From: an uncultured Gemmatimonadaceae bacterium
GTDB taxonomy: Bacteria; Gemmatimonadota; Gemmatimonadetes; Gemmatimonadales; GWC2-71-9
Direction of reading: 5' to 3'
Assembly (NCBI GenBank): GCA_964557115.1
Contig: CAZKYO010000003.1
Coordinates: 64,438 to 128,437 of the forward strand
DNA length: 64,000 bases
The position numbers and the translations under genes are program-made. The notes below the pieces were generated by a model. That model was not told the DNA's origin and searched no databases. It was given only the letters and a program-made list of their open reading frames with translations. Positions within the stretch are counted from its first letter, which is position 1; every line of letters starts with the position of its first letter. Below are positions 11,004 through 20,178 of this stretch, one piece after another.

Positions 11004-11781
11004 GCATCACCTCTTCCGGAGGCGTGACACCCGGGAACCAGAGTGCCCACGCCGCCATGCCCTGCACCAGGAGCATCTCGCGACCGTCGGCAGCGGCGAG
11101 CCCCGCGGCGCGGGCCGCCGCGACGAGCGCCGTGGTGCCATCTCGCCGATACGTGAGGTCGGCGACGGCGCGAACCGCAGGATAGTCGCGCAGCTGGACC
11201 GGCATCGGGTCATCAGGGGAGAGTCCGATCGGCGTCGCATTGATCACCACCTCGCATTCAGCCGGGTCGGCGACGCCGACTCCGCGCGAGGCGGCCCATT
11301 CCTGGAAGGCGATCTGCCGCGTCGGGGTCCGCGACTGCACCCAGATTCGCGCGCCGCGCCGCTGCGCGACCGCCACCGCGGCCCGGGCGCTGCCGCCGGT
11401 GCCGGCGATCGCCCATGCCTTCGCTCCCGCGTCGAGCCGGTCGAGCAGCGCCTCGAGGCCCGGCACGTCGGTGTTCCCGACCACCAGGGCGCCGTCGCGT
11501 CCGCCGAACACGTTGGCGGCACCGACGACCGTCGCCGCGTCGTCGGCCAGCCCGGCTTGGGCGGCGAGGGCCTTGTGCGGCACCGTCACGTTGCCGCCGC
11601 CCGCAGCGCGCGCAAGGATCCGCATCATCCCGGCGAGGTCCTCACCGACGCAGGGCACCGCGACATAGACCGCATCGAGACCCGCGGCGCGGAACCCGGC
11701 GTTCTGCATCCGTGGCGAGAGCGAGTGCGCGACGGGGTCGCCGAGCAGCGCGAAGACGCGCGTGGTGGCCCCGGGGGTCAT
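10975..11781 (-). CDS. aroE: shikimate dehydrogenase
   Basis: 268 aa. LGDPVAHSLSP, NVTVPHK, GNTD. ATGA overlap with the upstream stop. Confidence 0.85.
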   Translation of the reverse strand: MTPGATTRVFALLGDPVAHSLSPRMQNAGFRAAGLDAVYVAVPCVGEDLAGMMRILARAAGGGNVTVPHKALAAQAGLADDAATVVGAANVFGGRDGALVVGNTDVPGLEALLDRLDAGAKAWAIAGTGGSARAAVAVAQRRGARIWVQSRTPTRQIAFQEWAASRGVGVADPAECEVVINATPIGLSPDDPMPVQLRDYPAVRAVADLTYRRDGTTALVAAARAAGLAAADGREMLLVQGMAAWALWFPGVTPPEEVMRAALRSEVG

Positions 11782-12254
11782 CGGGGCAGGTCGGCGGCGA
11801 GTCGCGCCACGATCGGCACGGCGAGGTCGTCGAGGAGGTCGGCCGTCGCGCGGTAGTCGGCCACGTCGCCGCCGTACGGATCGGCGATCTCCGCAGGGGC
11901 ATCCGGCCGGCCGCCGTAGTCGGCCCAGGTGTGCACCTTCTGCGCGCCGCCCAAGTCGGCGACCCGTCGGGAGTGCCCCTCGGACATGGTCAGGACCAGG
12001 TCGGCGCGCCGCACCATTTCAGGGGTGAGCATCCGGGCGCGATGGGGGCTGAGGTCGAGGCCGCGCTCCAGCGCCACGAGGTAGGAGCCTTCGGAAGCCG
12101 GTGCGCCATCCCAGGCCGACGTGCCGGCGCTGGTGACGTCGATGCGGTCACCGATCCCGGCCCGCTCGAGCTGCGCGGCGAGGAGGGCGGCGGCGAGCGG
12201 CGAGCGACAGGTGTTCCCCGAGCACACGACCAGGATCTCCAGCCGTCCGGTCAT
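11778..12254 (-). CDS. low-molecular-weight protein tyrosine/arginine phosphatase
   Basis: 158 aa from ATG 12254, with an ATGA overlap. P-loop VCSGNTCRS and DPYG motif. The track ORF to 12635 is over-extended. Confidence 0.85.
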   Translation of the reverse strand: MTGRLEILVVCSGNTCRSPLAAALLAAQLERAGIGDRIDVTSAGTSAWDGAPASEGSYLVALERGLDLSPHRARMLTPEMVRRADLVLTMSEGHSRRVADLGGAQKVHTWADYGGRPDAPAEIADPYGGDVADYRATADLLDDLAVPIVARLAADLPR

Positions 12255-12901
12255 GGTGCCATGCTCCCGACCCGACGACGCAGCTCCTCGATCGGGATCG
12301 CCCCTTCCCGGATCAGGCGCGGCAACGGCTGGGTGCAGTCGACGAGCGTGGAGGGCGGCACGTTCCCCAGGACGCCCCCGTCGAGGACGAGGAGCGAGCC
12401 GTCGGCGATCGCCTGGCCGAAGAGCGACGTGATGCCATCCACTCCGGGCGCGGTCGCGCCACCGGGCCGGTTGGCGCTCGTCGAGGTGATCGGGGCCCCG
12501 AGCCCCTCGATGAGCGCCGCCAACGGCCGGTGCGACGTCCAGCGGACCGCGATGCCACCCTCGACGCCGCGCAGGCGCGCCGGGAGCGCGGTGCCGCTCC
12601 CCGGCAGGACGAGGGTGAGCGGACCTGGCCAGCATTCGCGGGCCATGGCGCGCGCGTGCGGCCCGAGTGCCAGTCCGGTCGCCTCCAGCATCGCCATGCC
12701 GCTGATCAGCAGCAGGAAGGGCTTCCGCGGCGGCCGGCCCTTGAGCCGGGCGAGCCCGTCGAGGCCCGCCTCGGTCGCGAAGGAACCGAGGCCGTACACG
12801 GTCTCCGTCGGATAGGCGATCAGGCGGTCGGCGGCGAGGTGGGCGCGGACCTCGCCGGCGATCCGCCGCGCGTCGTCGACCGAGCGGAACGGGAGGCTCA
12901 C
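12251..12901 (-). CDS. tsaC: L-threonylcarbamoyladenylate synthase (TsaC/YrdC/Sua5 family)
   Basis: 216 aa from GTG 12901, with a GTGA overlap with the ispD stop. Motifs YPTETVYGLG, TSTSANRPG. Adjacency to an LMW-PTP mirrors B. subtilis ywlC-ywlE. Confidence 0.85.
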   Translation of the reverse strand: MSLPFRSVDDARRIAGEVRAHLAADRLIAYPTETVYGLGSFATEAGLDGLARLKGRPPRKPFLLLISGMAMLEATGLALGPHARAMARECWPGPLTLVLPGSGTALPARLRGVEGGIAVRWTSHRPLAALIEGLGAPITSTSANRPGGATAPGVDGITSLFGQAIADGSLLVLDGGVLGNVPPSTLVDCTQPLPRLIREGAIPIEELRRRVGSMAP

Positions 12902-13584
12902 GACTGCTCCAGCAGCCAGGCGGCGAGGCGAAGATCGTCGGCGGTGGTCACCTTGAGGTTGCGCGGCGAGCCCGGCAGGAGGTCGACCGTGCCGCCGACG
13001 AGCTCGACGAGCATGGCGTCGTCGGTGGCGGCGCGCTCGATCGCGGCGGACGCGGCGTGGGCGCGGGCGAGCAGCTCCCGCGGAAACGCCTGCGGCGTCT
13101 GGGCGCGCCACAGTCCCTCGCGCGGCACGGTGCAGACGATGCGTCCCTTGCCGTCGCCGCGCTTGATGGTGTCGGCGACCGGCAGCGCCGGCACGGCGCC
13201 GTGCCCGTGACGCGCGGAGGCGATACCGCCATCGATCGCCTCGCGCGGGGGAAAGGGCCGCGCGCCGTCGTGGACGAGCACCACCGTGCAATCGTCCGGC
13301 AGCGCGGCGAGGCCGGCGGCGACCGATTCGCGCCGCGTCGCGCCGCCGGCGACGGCGCGAAGGCCGGCGCCGAGCAGCGGCGCGAGCCAGGTGGGCGGCC
13401 GGTCCACGTCGGCCGCCGGGAGGACCACCACGGTGCAGCCGACCTCCGGATGCGACGTGAACGGTCGGAGGGTGTGCAGCAGCAGTGGCTGTCCGGCGAG
13501 CGGCAGGTACTGCTTCGGCACCTCGCCGCCGACGCGCGTCCCCTTGCCCGCCGCGACGACGACGACGCCGACGTCACGCGGCAA
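12898..13584 (-). CDS. ispD: 2-C-methyl-D-erythritol 4-phosphate cytidylyltransferase
   Basis: VVVAAGKGTRVG, KQYLPL, VLVHDGARPF, AQTPQAF. There is no ATG or GTG near the conserved N-terminus. The best candidate start is TTG 13584 (M-PRDVGVVVVAAGKG), overlapping radA by 11 nt. Confidence 0.8.
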   Translation of the reverse strand: MPRDVGVVVVAAGKGTRVGGEVPKQYLPLAGQPLLLHTLRPFTSHPEVGCTVVVLPAADVDRPPTWLAPLLGAGLRAVAGGATRRESVAAGLAALPDDCTVVLVHDGARPFPPREAIDGGIASARHGHGAVPALPVADTIKRGDGKGRIVCTVPREGLWRAQTPQAFPRELLARAHAASAAIERAATDDAMLVELVGGTVDLLPGSPRNLKVTTADDLRLAAWLLEQS

Positions 13585-14932
13585 GGGTGCGCACCAGTTC
13601 GTCGACGTGCTCCAGGCCGCGGTGGCGCACGCCGGCCACGTCCATCTTGGCACGGTCCGATCCGAACACCTGCGTGAACCCCATCCGTGCGGCCTCGGTG
13701 AGCCGACGCTCGGCGCCCCCGATCGGTCGCACTTCCCCGCCGAGCCCGAGTTCGCCGAGGTAGATCGCGTCGGCGCGGGTCGGCTGGTCCCGGATCGAGG
13801 AGACGAGGGCCGCGGCGACCGCCAGGTCCGCACCGGGCTCGGTCAGCCGCACGCCGCCGGTGACCTGCACGAAGACGTCCGTGGTGCCGAACCCGATGCC
13901 GGCGCGCCGTTCGAGGATCGCGAGGATCACAGCGAGCCGCCGCGGATCGAGGCCGGTGGTCACCCGCTGCGGCGTGCCGTAGCCCGACGGGGCGGCGAGT
14001 GCCTGCACCTCGACCAGCAGCGGCCGGGTGCCCTCGAGCAGCGCCGTCACCGCGCTCCCCGCCGTACCCGCCGCGCGGGCCGCGAGGAAGAGCGCGGACG
14101 GATTCGGCACCGGGATGAGGCCGCGGCCGGTCATCTCGAAGACGCCGAGTTCGTCGACGGAGCCGAACCGGTTCTTCGTGGCGCGCAGCAGCCGATAGTC
14201 GAGCGCGGCCTCGCCCTCGAAGTAGAGCACGGTGTCGACGATGTGCTCGAGCGTCTTGGGGCCCGCGATGCCGCCGCCCTTCGTCACGTGCCCGACGACG
14301 ACGACCGCGATGCCGGTCTCCTTGGCGAACCGCATCAGCAGCCCGGCGCACTCGCGCACCTGGCCGACGTTGCCCGGCGCGCCCTCGAGCGCCTCGGTGT
14401 AGACGGTCTGGATCGAGTCGAGCACCAGCACCGACGCGCCGACCGCGGTGGCCGCGGTGAGCACCGCCTCGAGCCGCGTCTCGCCGAGCACGTGCACCGC
14501 CCCGCTCTCGCCACCGAGCCGGTCGGCGCGGAGCCGCAACTGCTCCGCGCTCTCCTCGCCGGAGGCGTACAGCACCGGACGGCCGCTTGCCTCGAGCAGG
14601 CCGGCGGCCTGGAGCAGCAGCGTGGACTTGCCGATCCCGGGCTCGCCGCCGATCAGCGTCATCGATCCCGGGACGAGGCCGCCGCCGAGGACGAAGTCGA
14701 ACTCCGGCAGGCCGGTGCTCCAGCGCACCAGCCGCTCGGCGGCGACGTCGCGCAGGCGAAGCACCGCCGCCGGCACGGGACCCGCGGCGGCCGTCCGCAC
14801 CCCGCGGCGCGCGGCGACCTCGGGCTCCTCGGCGAGCGTGTTCCACGCACCGCAGCCCTCGCAGCGGCCGGCCCACTTCGGGTGGGCGTGGCCGCATTCC
14901 GCGCAGCGCCAGACCGACTTGGCCCGCGCCAC
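13574..14932 (-). CDS. radA: DNA repair protein RadA/Sms
   Basis: 452 aa. Zinc ribbon CAECGHAHPKWAGRCEGCGAWNT, Walker A GGEPGIGKST, KNRFG motif, Lon-like C-terminal domain. Confidence 0.95.
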   Translation of the reverse strand: MARAKSVWRCAECGHAHPKWAGRCEGCGAWNTLAEEPEVAARRGVRTAAAGPVPAAVLRLRDVAAERLVRWSTGLPEFDFVLGGGLVPGSMTLIGGEPGIGKSTLLLQAAGLLEASGRPVLYASGEESAEQLRLRADRLGGESGAVHVLGETRLEAVLTAATAVGASVLVLDSIQTVYTEALEGAPGNVGQVRECAGLLMRFAKETGIAVVVVGHVTKGGGIAGPKTLEHIVDTVLYFEGEAALDYRLLRATKNRFGSVDELGVFEMTGRGLIPVPNPSALFLAARAAGTAGSAVTALLEGTRPLLVEVQALAAPSGYGTPQRVTTGLDPRRLAVILAILERRAGIGFGTTDVFVQVTGGVRLTEPGADLAVAAALVSSIRDQPTRADAIYLGELGLGGEVRPIGGAERRLTEAARMGFTQVFGSDRAKMDVAGVRHRGLEHVDELVRTLAA

Positions 14933-16294
14933 TCAGGCCTCCCGTTCGGTGCGGTTGTCGAAGCGGGTGAACTGCTTGTGGAAGTAGAGGTCGACGATGC
15001 CGGTCGGACCGTTGCGGTGCTTCGCCAGGATGATGTCGGCCTTCCCCTCGAGGGTGTCGCCGGCCTGCTCCGCCTTCTCGCGCAGGTCGCGATACATCTC
15101 GGGCCGATGGATGAACAGCACGATGTCGGCGTCCTGCTCGATCGCGCCGGAATCGCGCAGGTCGGACAGCAGCGGGTGACGGTCGCCGCCCCGCTGCTCC
15201 GAGGCGCGCGAGAGCTGCGACAGCGCGATCACCGGCACCTCGAGCTCGCGGGCGAGGCCCTTGAGCGAGCGCGAGATGTCGGAGATCTCCTGCACGCGGT
15301 TGTCGGAGTACTCCGGCGACCGCATCAGCTGCAGGTAGTCCACCACGATCATCCGCACGTCGTTCTCGGCGCGGAGCCGGCGGGCCTTGGAGCGCATCTC
15401 GAGCAGCGTCAGGGCCGGCGTGTCGTCGATCCAGATCGGCGCCGTCTGCAGGATGCCCGCGGCGCGCGCCAGCCGGGTGAAGTCCGTGTCGCGCAGCGTG
15501 CCGCGCCGCACCGCCTGCGAGTCCACCCGGGCCTCGGCGCAGAGCATCCGCTGCACCAGCGAGTCCTTCGACATCTCGAGCGAGAACACCGCCACCCCGT
15601 GGCCCTCGATCGCCGCGTGGGTGGCGAGGTTGAGGCAGAACGCCGTCTTCCCCATCGACGGCCGCGCCGCGACGATCACCAGTTCCGAGCGCTGGAAGCC
15701 GGTCGTCATCTCGTCGAGGTCGAGGAAGCCGCTCGGCACCCCGGTCAGTGCCCCGTCGCGGCCCTGGAGCGTCTCGATCCGCTCCATCGTGGGCCAGAGC
15801 ATCTCCTTGATCCGCGTGAAGCCGTCCTCGCGGCGCGACTCCGCGATCCGGAAGATCTTCCCCTCGGCCGCGTCGAGCAGCTCCCCGGCGCTCTGCTTCT
15901 GCTCATAGGTCTCGGTGATGATCTCGGTCGCGGCGGCGATCAGCCGGCGCTGGATCGCCTTGTCGCGCAGGATCTTCGCGTGGTACTCGAGGTTGGCCGC
16001 GGTCGGGACCGAGCCGACCAGTTCGTCGAGGTACTCGACGCCGCCGATCGCCTCCAGCTCGCCCCGGCGGGCCAGCTCGTCGCGCACCGTGACGTAGTCC
16101 ACCACCATCCGCTGCTCGACGAGCGCGCGGAGCGCCCGCCACAGCCGGCGATGCGGCTCGCGGTAGAACGCGCCGTCCTCGAGCAGCTCGGCGCCGCGCA
16201 GTGCGGCGTCGCCGTCGATGAGCATCGCGCCGAGGACCGCCTGCTCGGCCTCGGCGCTCCACGGGACATTGCGTCCCTGGAACGGGTCAGTCAT
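14933..16294 (-). CDS. dnaB: replicative DNA helicase DnaB
   Basis: AEAEQAVLGAML N-terminus and Walker A ARPSMGKTAF. No intein. Start set to ATG 16294 ([13 protein letters not shown]...); the track start at 16330 is also possible. Confidence 0.93.
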   Translation of the reverse strand: MTDPFQGRNVPWSAEAEQAVLGAMLIDGDAALRGAELLEDGAFYREPHRRLWRALRALVEQRMVVDYVTVRDELARRGELEAIGGVEYLDELVGSVPTAANLEYHAKILRDKAIQRRLIAAATEIITETYEQKQSAGELLDAAEGKIFRIAESRREDGFTRIKEMLWPTMERIETLQGRDGALTGVPSGFLDLDEMTTGFQRSELVIVAARPSMGKTAFCLNLATHAAIEGHGVAVFSLEMSKDSLVQRMLCAEARVDSQAVRRGTLRDTDFTRLARAAGILQTAPIWIDDTPALTLLEMRSKARRLRAENDVRMIVVDYLQLMRSPEYSDNRVQEISDISRSLKGLARELEVPVIALSQLSRASEQRGGDRHPLLSDLRDSGAIEQDADIVLFIHRPEMYRDLREKAEQAGDTLEGKADIILAKHRNGPTGIVDLYFHKQFTRFDNRTEREA

Positions 16295-17144
16295 CGACGT
16301 CGAGGAGCTGGCGGGCGATACGGACGTCATCCCAGGCGGGTCGCTTCCAGTTCGGGTTGCGGAGCAGCGCCGCCGGGTGGTACGTCACCACCAGCGGGAT
16401 CCCGTCGAGCCGGTGCACCTTGAGCCGCAGGTCGCCGAGCGGTCGCTTGACCCCCAGGAGCGCCTCGGCCGCGGTGGCACCGAGGGCCAGCAGCACCTTC
16501 GGCTTCACCAGCGCGATCTGCCGATGAAGATACGGCAGGCAGGCGGCGCGCTCGTCCGGAAGCGGCGCCCGGTTCCTGGGCGGGCGGCACTTCACCACGT
16601 TCGCGATGAAGACCTCCGGGCGCGGCAGGTCGATGCTGCCGAGGATCTTGTCGAGCAGTTCCCCGGCACGACCCACGAACGGCCGCCCCGAGAGGTCCTC
16701 CTGCTCCCCAGGCCCCTCGCCGACGACCATGAGTCCGGCGACGGGATTCCCCTCCCCCGGCACCGCCTTGGTGCGCCCCTTGGCCAGCGGGCAGCGGGTG
16801 CAGGCGCACACCGCCTCGGCCACCGCCTCGAGCGACTCGAGGGCCGCGTCACGATCGAGCAGCGCCGGCGCCGGGGTCGGGATCGACAGCCCGGGGCCCG
16901 GGATCGGCGGCGCGCCCTTCAGCCACTCGGGTTCCATCCCGGGAGGATACTGCCTCGGGCGGAAGGCGGGAGCGGCCGGGGCCGCTTCCTCGGCGACCGG
17001 GACGGACGCGGCGGCGCGGGTGGCGTCGGCCGGTGGCGCCGGTGCGGCGAGCGGACGGTCGAAATAGACCTCGTCGCCGCCCAGGTCCCGCTGCAGCTCG
17101 AGCCAGCGGCGGACCGCATCATTCACGGTACGCCTCGATCGCAT
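16287..17144 (-). CDS. family-4 uracil-DNA glycosylase with N-terminal extension
   Basis: [12 protein letters not shown] and [11 protein letters not shown] motifs. About 100 aa of Ala/Pro-rich N-terminal extension. The start may be GTG 17126. Confidence 0.85.
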   Translation of the reverse strand: MRSRRTVNDAVRRWLELQRDLGGDEVYFDRPLAAPAPPADATRAAASVPVAEEAAPAAPAFRPRQYPPGMEPEWLKGAPPIPGPGLSIPTPAPALLDRDAALESLEAVAEAVCACTRCPLAKGRTKAVPGEGNPVAGLMVVGEGPGEQEDLSGRPFVGRAGELLDKILGSIDLPRPEVFIANVVKCRPPRNRAPLPDERAACLPYLHRQIALVKPKVLLALGATAAEALLGVKRPLGDLRLKVHRLDGIPLVVTYHPAALLRNPNWKRPAWDDVRIARQLLDVDD

Positions 17145-18312
17145 CGAGGATCGCCTCGGCCACGTCGCGCTTGTCGCGCAGCGACACCCGCTGCTCCCCC
17201 CCGTGCACGTCGAGGATCGTCACCGCATTGGTGTCCACCTCGAAGCCGGCGCCGGGCTCGAGCGCGTCGTTCACGACGATCATGTCGAGCTGCTTCCGCA
17301 CCAGCTTCTGGCGTCCCTTCTCGACCGCGCCGCCCGTCTCGAGGGCGAAGCCGACGGTGGTGAGTCGCGGATGGCGCTCATCGAGGGTGCCGAGGAGGAC
17401 GTCGTCGGTCGGCACCAGCTCGAGGGTGAGGGTGCCGTCGCCGCGGGGGAGCTTCCGCTCGCTCGGCTCGCGGACGCGGAAGTCCGCCGGCGCCGCGGCC
17501 ATGACAAGCACGTCGCTGGTCGGCAGGTGGCGGCGCACCGCCTCGGCCATCTCGGCGGTCGACTCAACGTGCAGGACGGTGACGCCGTGCGGGGCGGCCT
17601 CGCCGGTCGGGCCCGAGACCAGCACCACCTCCGCGCCGCGTCGCCATGCCGCCTCGGCAATCCGGAATCCCATCTTGCCACTCGAACGGTTGGTGACGAC
17701 CCGCACCGGGTCGATCGCCTCGCGCGTCGGGCCGGCGGTGACCAGGACCTTGAGGCCGGTCAGGGCGCCCTCGCCCGCGAGGATCCGCTCGCCGACGGCG
17801 ATGATCGCCTCCGGCTCGGCCATCCGTCCGGGACGGTCGCTGGGGCCTTCCGCGAGCGCGCCGACCACCGGCCCGACGGTGTGCCAACCGTTGGCGCGCA
17901 GCAGCCCGAGATTTCGCGTGGTCGCCTGGTCGGCGAACATCTGGTCGTTCATCGCCGGGGCGAGCAGCACCGGCGCTCGGGCGGCGAGGAGGATGGCGGC
18001 GAGCAGGTCGTCGGCGGTGCCGGCGGCGGCACGGGCGATGAGCGACGCCGTCGCCGGCGCCACGATGATCAGGTCGGCCTGCTCACCCAGGGTGACGTGG
18101 TCGAGCGCGGTGTCGGGCTCCCAGAGGGAGCGGCGCACCGGGCGGCGGGTGACGGCCTCGAAGGTGACCGCGCCGATGAATTCGCTCGCGCCGCGCGAAA
18201 GCACCACGTCCACCCTGGCGCCGCGCATGGTGAGCTGGCGCGCAAGGTGGACGCTCTTGTAGGCCGCAATCCCCCCGGTGACCCCGAGGACGACATGGCG
18301 GCCCCGCCACAT
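17119..18312 (-). CDS. coaBC: bifunctional phosphopantothenoylcysteine decarboxylase / phosphopantothenate-cysteine ligase
   Basis: 397 aa. Flavoprotein N-domain (VLGVTGGIAAYK) and CoaB C-domain (VTAGPTREAIDPVRVVTNRSSGKMG). Confidence 0.95.
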   Translation of the reverse strand: MWRGRHVVLGVTGGIAAYKSVHLARQLTMRGARVDVVLSRGASEFIGAVTFEAVTRRPVRRSLWEPDTALDHVTLGEQADLIIVAPATASLIARAAAGTADDLLAAILLAARAPVLLAPAMNDQMFADQATTRNLGLLRANGWHTVGPVVGALAEGPSDRPGRMAEPEAIIAVGERILAGEGALTGLKVLVTAGPTREAIDPVRVVTNRSSGKMGFRIAEAAWRRGAEVVLVSGPTGEAAPHGVTVLHVESTAEMAEAVRRHLPTSDVLVMAAAPADFRVREPSERKLPRGDGTLTLELVPTDDVLLGTLDERHPRLTTVGFALETGGAVEKGRQKLVRKQLDMIVVNDALEPGAGFEVDTNAVTILDVHGGEQRVSLRDKRDVAEAILDAIEAYRE

Positions 18313-18313
18313 C

Positions 18314-18547
18314 TCAGGCCTCGGTGCGGCGCCGGCGGAGTTCGCGGAAGGTCAGCTCGCCGCTGGTCAGCTTCTTCAGCGCCAGCGTGGTGAGCTTCTT
18401 GACGCCCTCGCTCCGCTCGAAGTTCGCGACCGACTCGCGGGGAAACTCGTTGAGGTAGCGCGCGAAACGCGCGGCGACCAGCACCCCGCGGTACTTCGAG
18501 CCGGTGTTGCGAGCCACTTCCTGCGGCGTGAACACTTCCATTGCCAA
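18314..18547 (-). CDS. rpoZ: DNA-directed RNA polymerase omega subunit
   Basis: 77 aa. NTGSKYRGVLVAARFARYL-type omega core. The conserved gmk-rpoZ-coaBC order supports the call. Confidence 0.75.
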   Translation of the reverse strand: MAMEVFTPQEVARNTGSKYRGVLVAARFARYLNEFPRESVANFERSEGVKKLTTLALKKLTSGELTFRELRRRRTEA

Positions 18548-18559
18548 CCTCCAGAGGGT

Positions 18560-19210
18560 CTACTGGGCCTGCGTCGTGCCGCTGGCGATCTCCGCCGCCA
18601 CCTCGGCCTTGAGGCGGTCGAGCAGCATCCTGGTGTTCCTGAGCCGGCTGATCCGGTGCGACTCGACGTCGAGGATCTCGCCGACCTTCCGGACCGCCTC
18701 GTCCAGGTCGTTGTTCACGACCACGAAATCGTACTCCACCGCCGCCGACAACTCCTCGAGCGCCTGCTCGAGCCGGCCGGCCACCGCCGCCTCGTCCTCG
18801 GTGCCGCGGGCGCGGAGCCGCTCGACCAGCACCTTCCCGCTCGGCGGGAGGAGGAAGACGAGCACCGCGTCGGGATGCCGCTCGCGGACCATCCGCGCGC
18901 CGGCCACCTCGATGTCGAGCAGGGCGTGCCGGCCGCCCTGCGTCACCCGCCGCACTTCCTCGAGCAAGGTCCCGTAGCGCTGGCCGTTGTACACGGCGTG
19001 CTCCAGGAACTCCCCCCCCGCCACCTTCTCCTCGAACGCGACCGGCGTGAGGAAATGGTACTCGCGGCCGTCCTGCTCGCCCGGCCGCGGCGTCCTGGTC
19101 GTCGCCGAGATCGAGTAGCCGATGTCGTCGCGCGCCGCGAGGAGGCGGCCGGCGATCGTCGACTTCCCGCCGCCCGACGGCGAGGACAGCACCAGCAGCA
19201 ACGGCGTCAC
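18560..19210 (-). CDS. gmk: guanylate kinase
   Basis: 216 aa from GTG 19210, with a GTGA overlap with the yicC stop. P-loop SSPSGGGKST and ATTRTPRPGE. The track ORF to 19699 is over-extended. Confidence 0.9.
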   Translation of the reverse strand: MTPLLLVLSSPSGGGKSTIAGRLLAARDDIGYSISATTRTPRPGEQDGREYHFLTPVAFEEKVAGGEFLEHAVYNGQRYGTLLEEVRRVTQGGRHALLDIEVAGARMVRERHPDAVLVFLLPPSGKVLVERLRARGTEDEAAVAGRLEQALEELSAAVEYDFVVVNNDLDEAVRKVGEILDVESHRISRLRNTRMLLDRLKAEVAAEIASGTTQAQ

Positions 19211-20073
19211 TCGAGGTTCTCCAGCTGCTCGCGCACCTTCTCGAGTTCCCCCTTCATCGCGATCACCTCGTGCGCGATCGCGGCGTCGTTCGCCTTGCTG
19301 CCGATCGTGTTCACCTCGCGCCCGAGCTCCTGCGCGAGGAAGCCGAGCTGCTTCCCCACCGGGCGGTCGGCCCCGAGGGCCTCCCGTGCAGCCGTCACGT
19401 GGGCGGCGAGGCGCACCAGCTCCTCGGTCACGTCGAGCCGGTCGGCCAGGATTGCGATCTCCTGCGCCAACCGCGCCGGCTCCACCTGCACGCCGTCGGC
19501 GAGCGTCCGCACGTTCTCGCGGAGCCGGCCCGTCTCGCGCGCCAGTCGCTCGGGCGCGAGCGCCGCCACCCGCCGGGCTCCCTCGGCGATCGCCCCGAGA
19601 CGATCCGCGATCTCGGAGCCGAGTGCGGCACCCTCGCGCCGCCGCGCCTCGAGGCACTCGTCGAGCGCCGCCACCACCACCGGGGCGAGCGCCGCCCACT
19701 CGACCGCCGCCGCCTCGCGCTCGCTCCCCAGCACGTCGGGAAACCGGAGCACCTGTTCCGCGGTGATCTCGCCGCCCAGCGCGAGCCGCTCGCGCATCGA
19801 CCGCAGCACCGTCGCGGCCTCGGCCGCCCTATCCCAGTCGATGCGGACGCCAAGTGACGGAGCATCGACCCAGGTGACCGACATCGTCACGTGGCCCCGA
19901 TCGATCCGCTGCTTGAGCGCCTCCCGGACCTCCGCCTCCAACCCGCCGAGGTCCGCCGGCAGGCGAATCGACGCGTGGTGGAAGCGATGGTTGACGGTTC
20001 GGACGTCGACCCGGGCCCGACGCCCTCCGACATCGCCCTCGGCCGACCCGAACCCGGTCATGCTCAGTGCCAC
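19207..20073 (-). CDS. yicC: YicC-family protein
   Basis: 288 aa. N-terminal SMTGFG and the C-terminal DUF1732-type helix (IGSKANDAAIAHEVIAMKGELEKVREQLENLE). Confidence 0.85.
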   Translation of the reverse strand: MALSMTGFGSAEGDVGGRRARVDVRTVNHRFHHASIRLPADLGGLEAEVREALKQRIDRGHVTMSVTWVDAPSLGVRIDWDRAAEAATVLRSMRERLALGGEITAEQVLRFPDVLGSEREAAAVEWAALAPVVVAALDECLEARRREGAALGSEIADRLGAIAEGARRVAALAPERLARETGRLRENVRTLADGVQVEPARLAQEIAILADRLDVTEELVRLAAHVTAAREALGADRPVGKQLGFLAQELGREVNTIGSKANDAAIAHEVIAMKGELEKVREQLENLE

Positions 20074-20178
20074 GTCCAGTGCTCCGGGCCGGGGGTAGCT
20101 GGGAAAGATAGCCCGGATCGGGGCCTGATGGGAGCGTCGGGAGGCCTGGCGCGAGACCGATCCCCGGTCACGCCCGCC

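Noticed and set aside
13286-16423. Very long plus-strand ORFs antisense to annotated genes. Examples: 13286..16423 (1045 aa), 46288..49314 (1008 aa), 41676..44483 (935 aa), 54339..57095 (918 aa), 1661..3529 (622 aa), 6819..8735 (638 aa).
   Set aside because: Their translations are low-complexity and Arg/Gly/Ala/Pro/Asp-rich with no recognisable motifs. The opposite strand encodes full-length, motif-rich homologues (radA, dnaB, mutase, subtilase and others). Long stop-free antisense frames are expected at this GC content.
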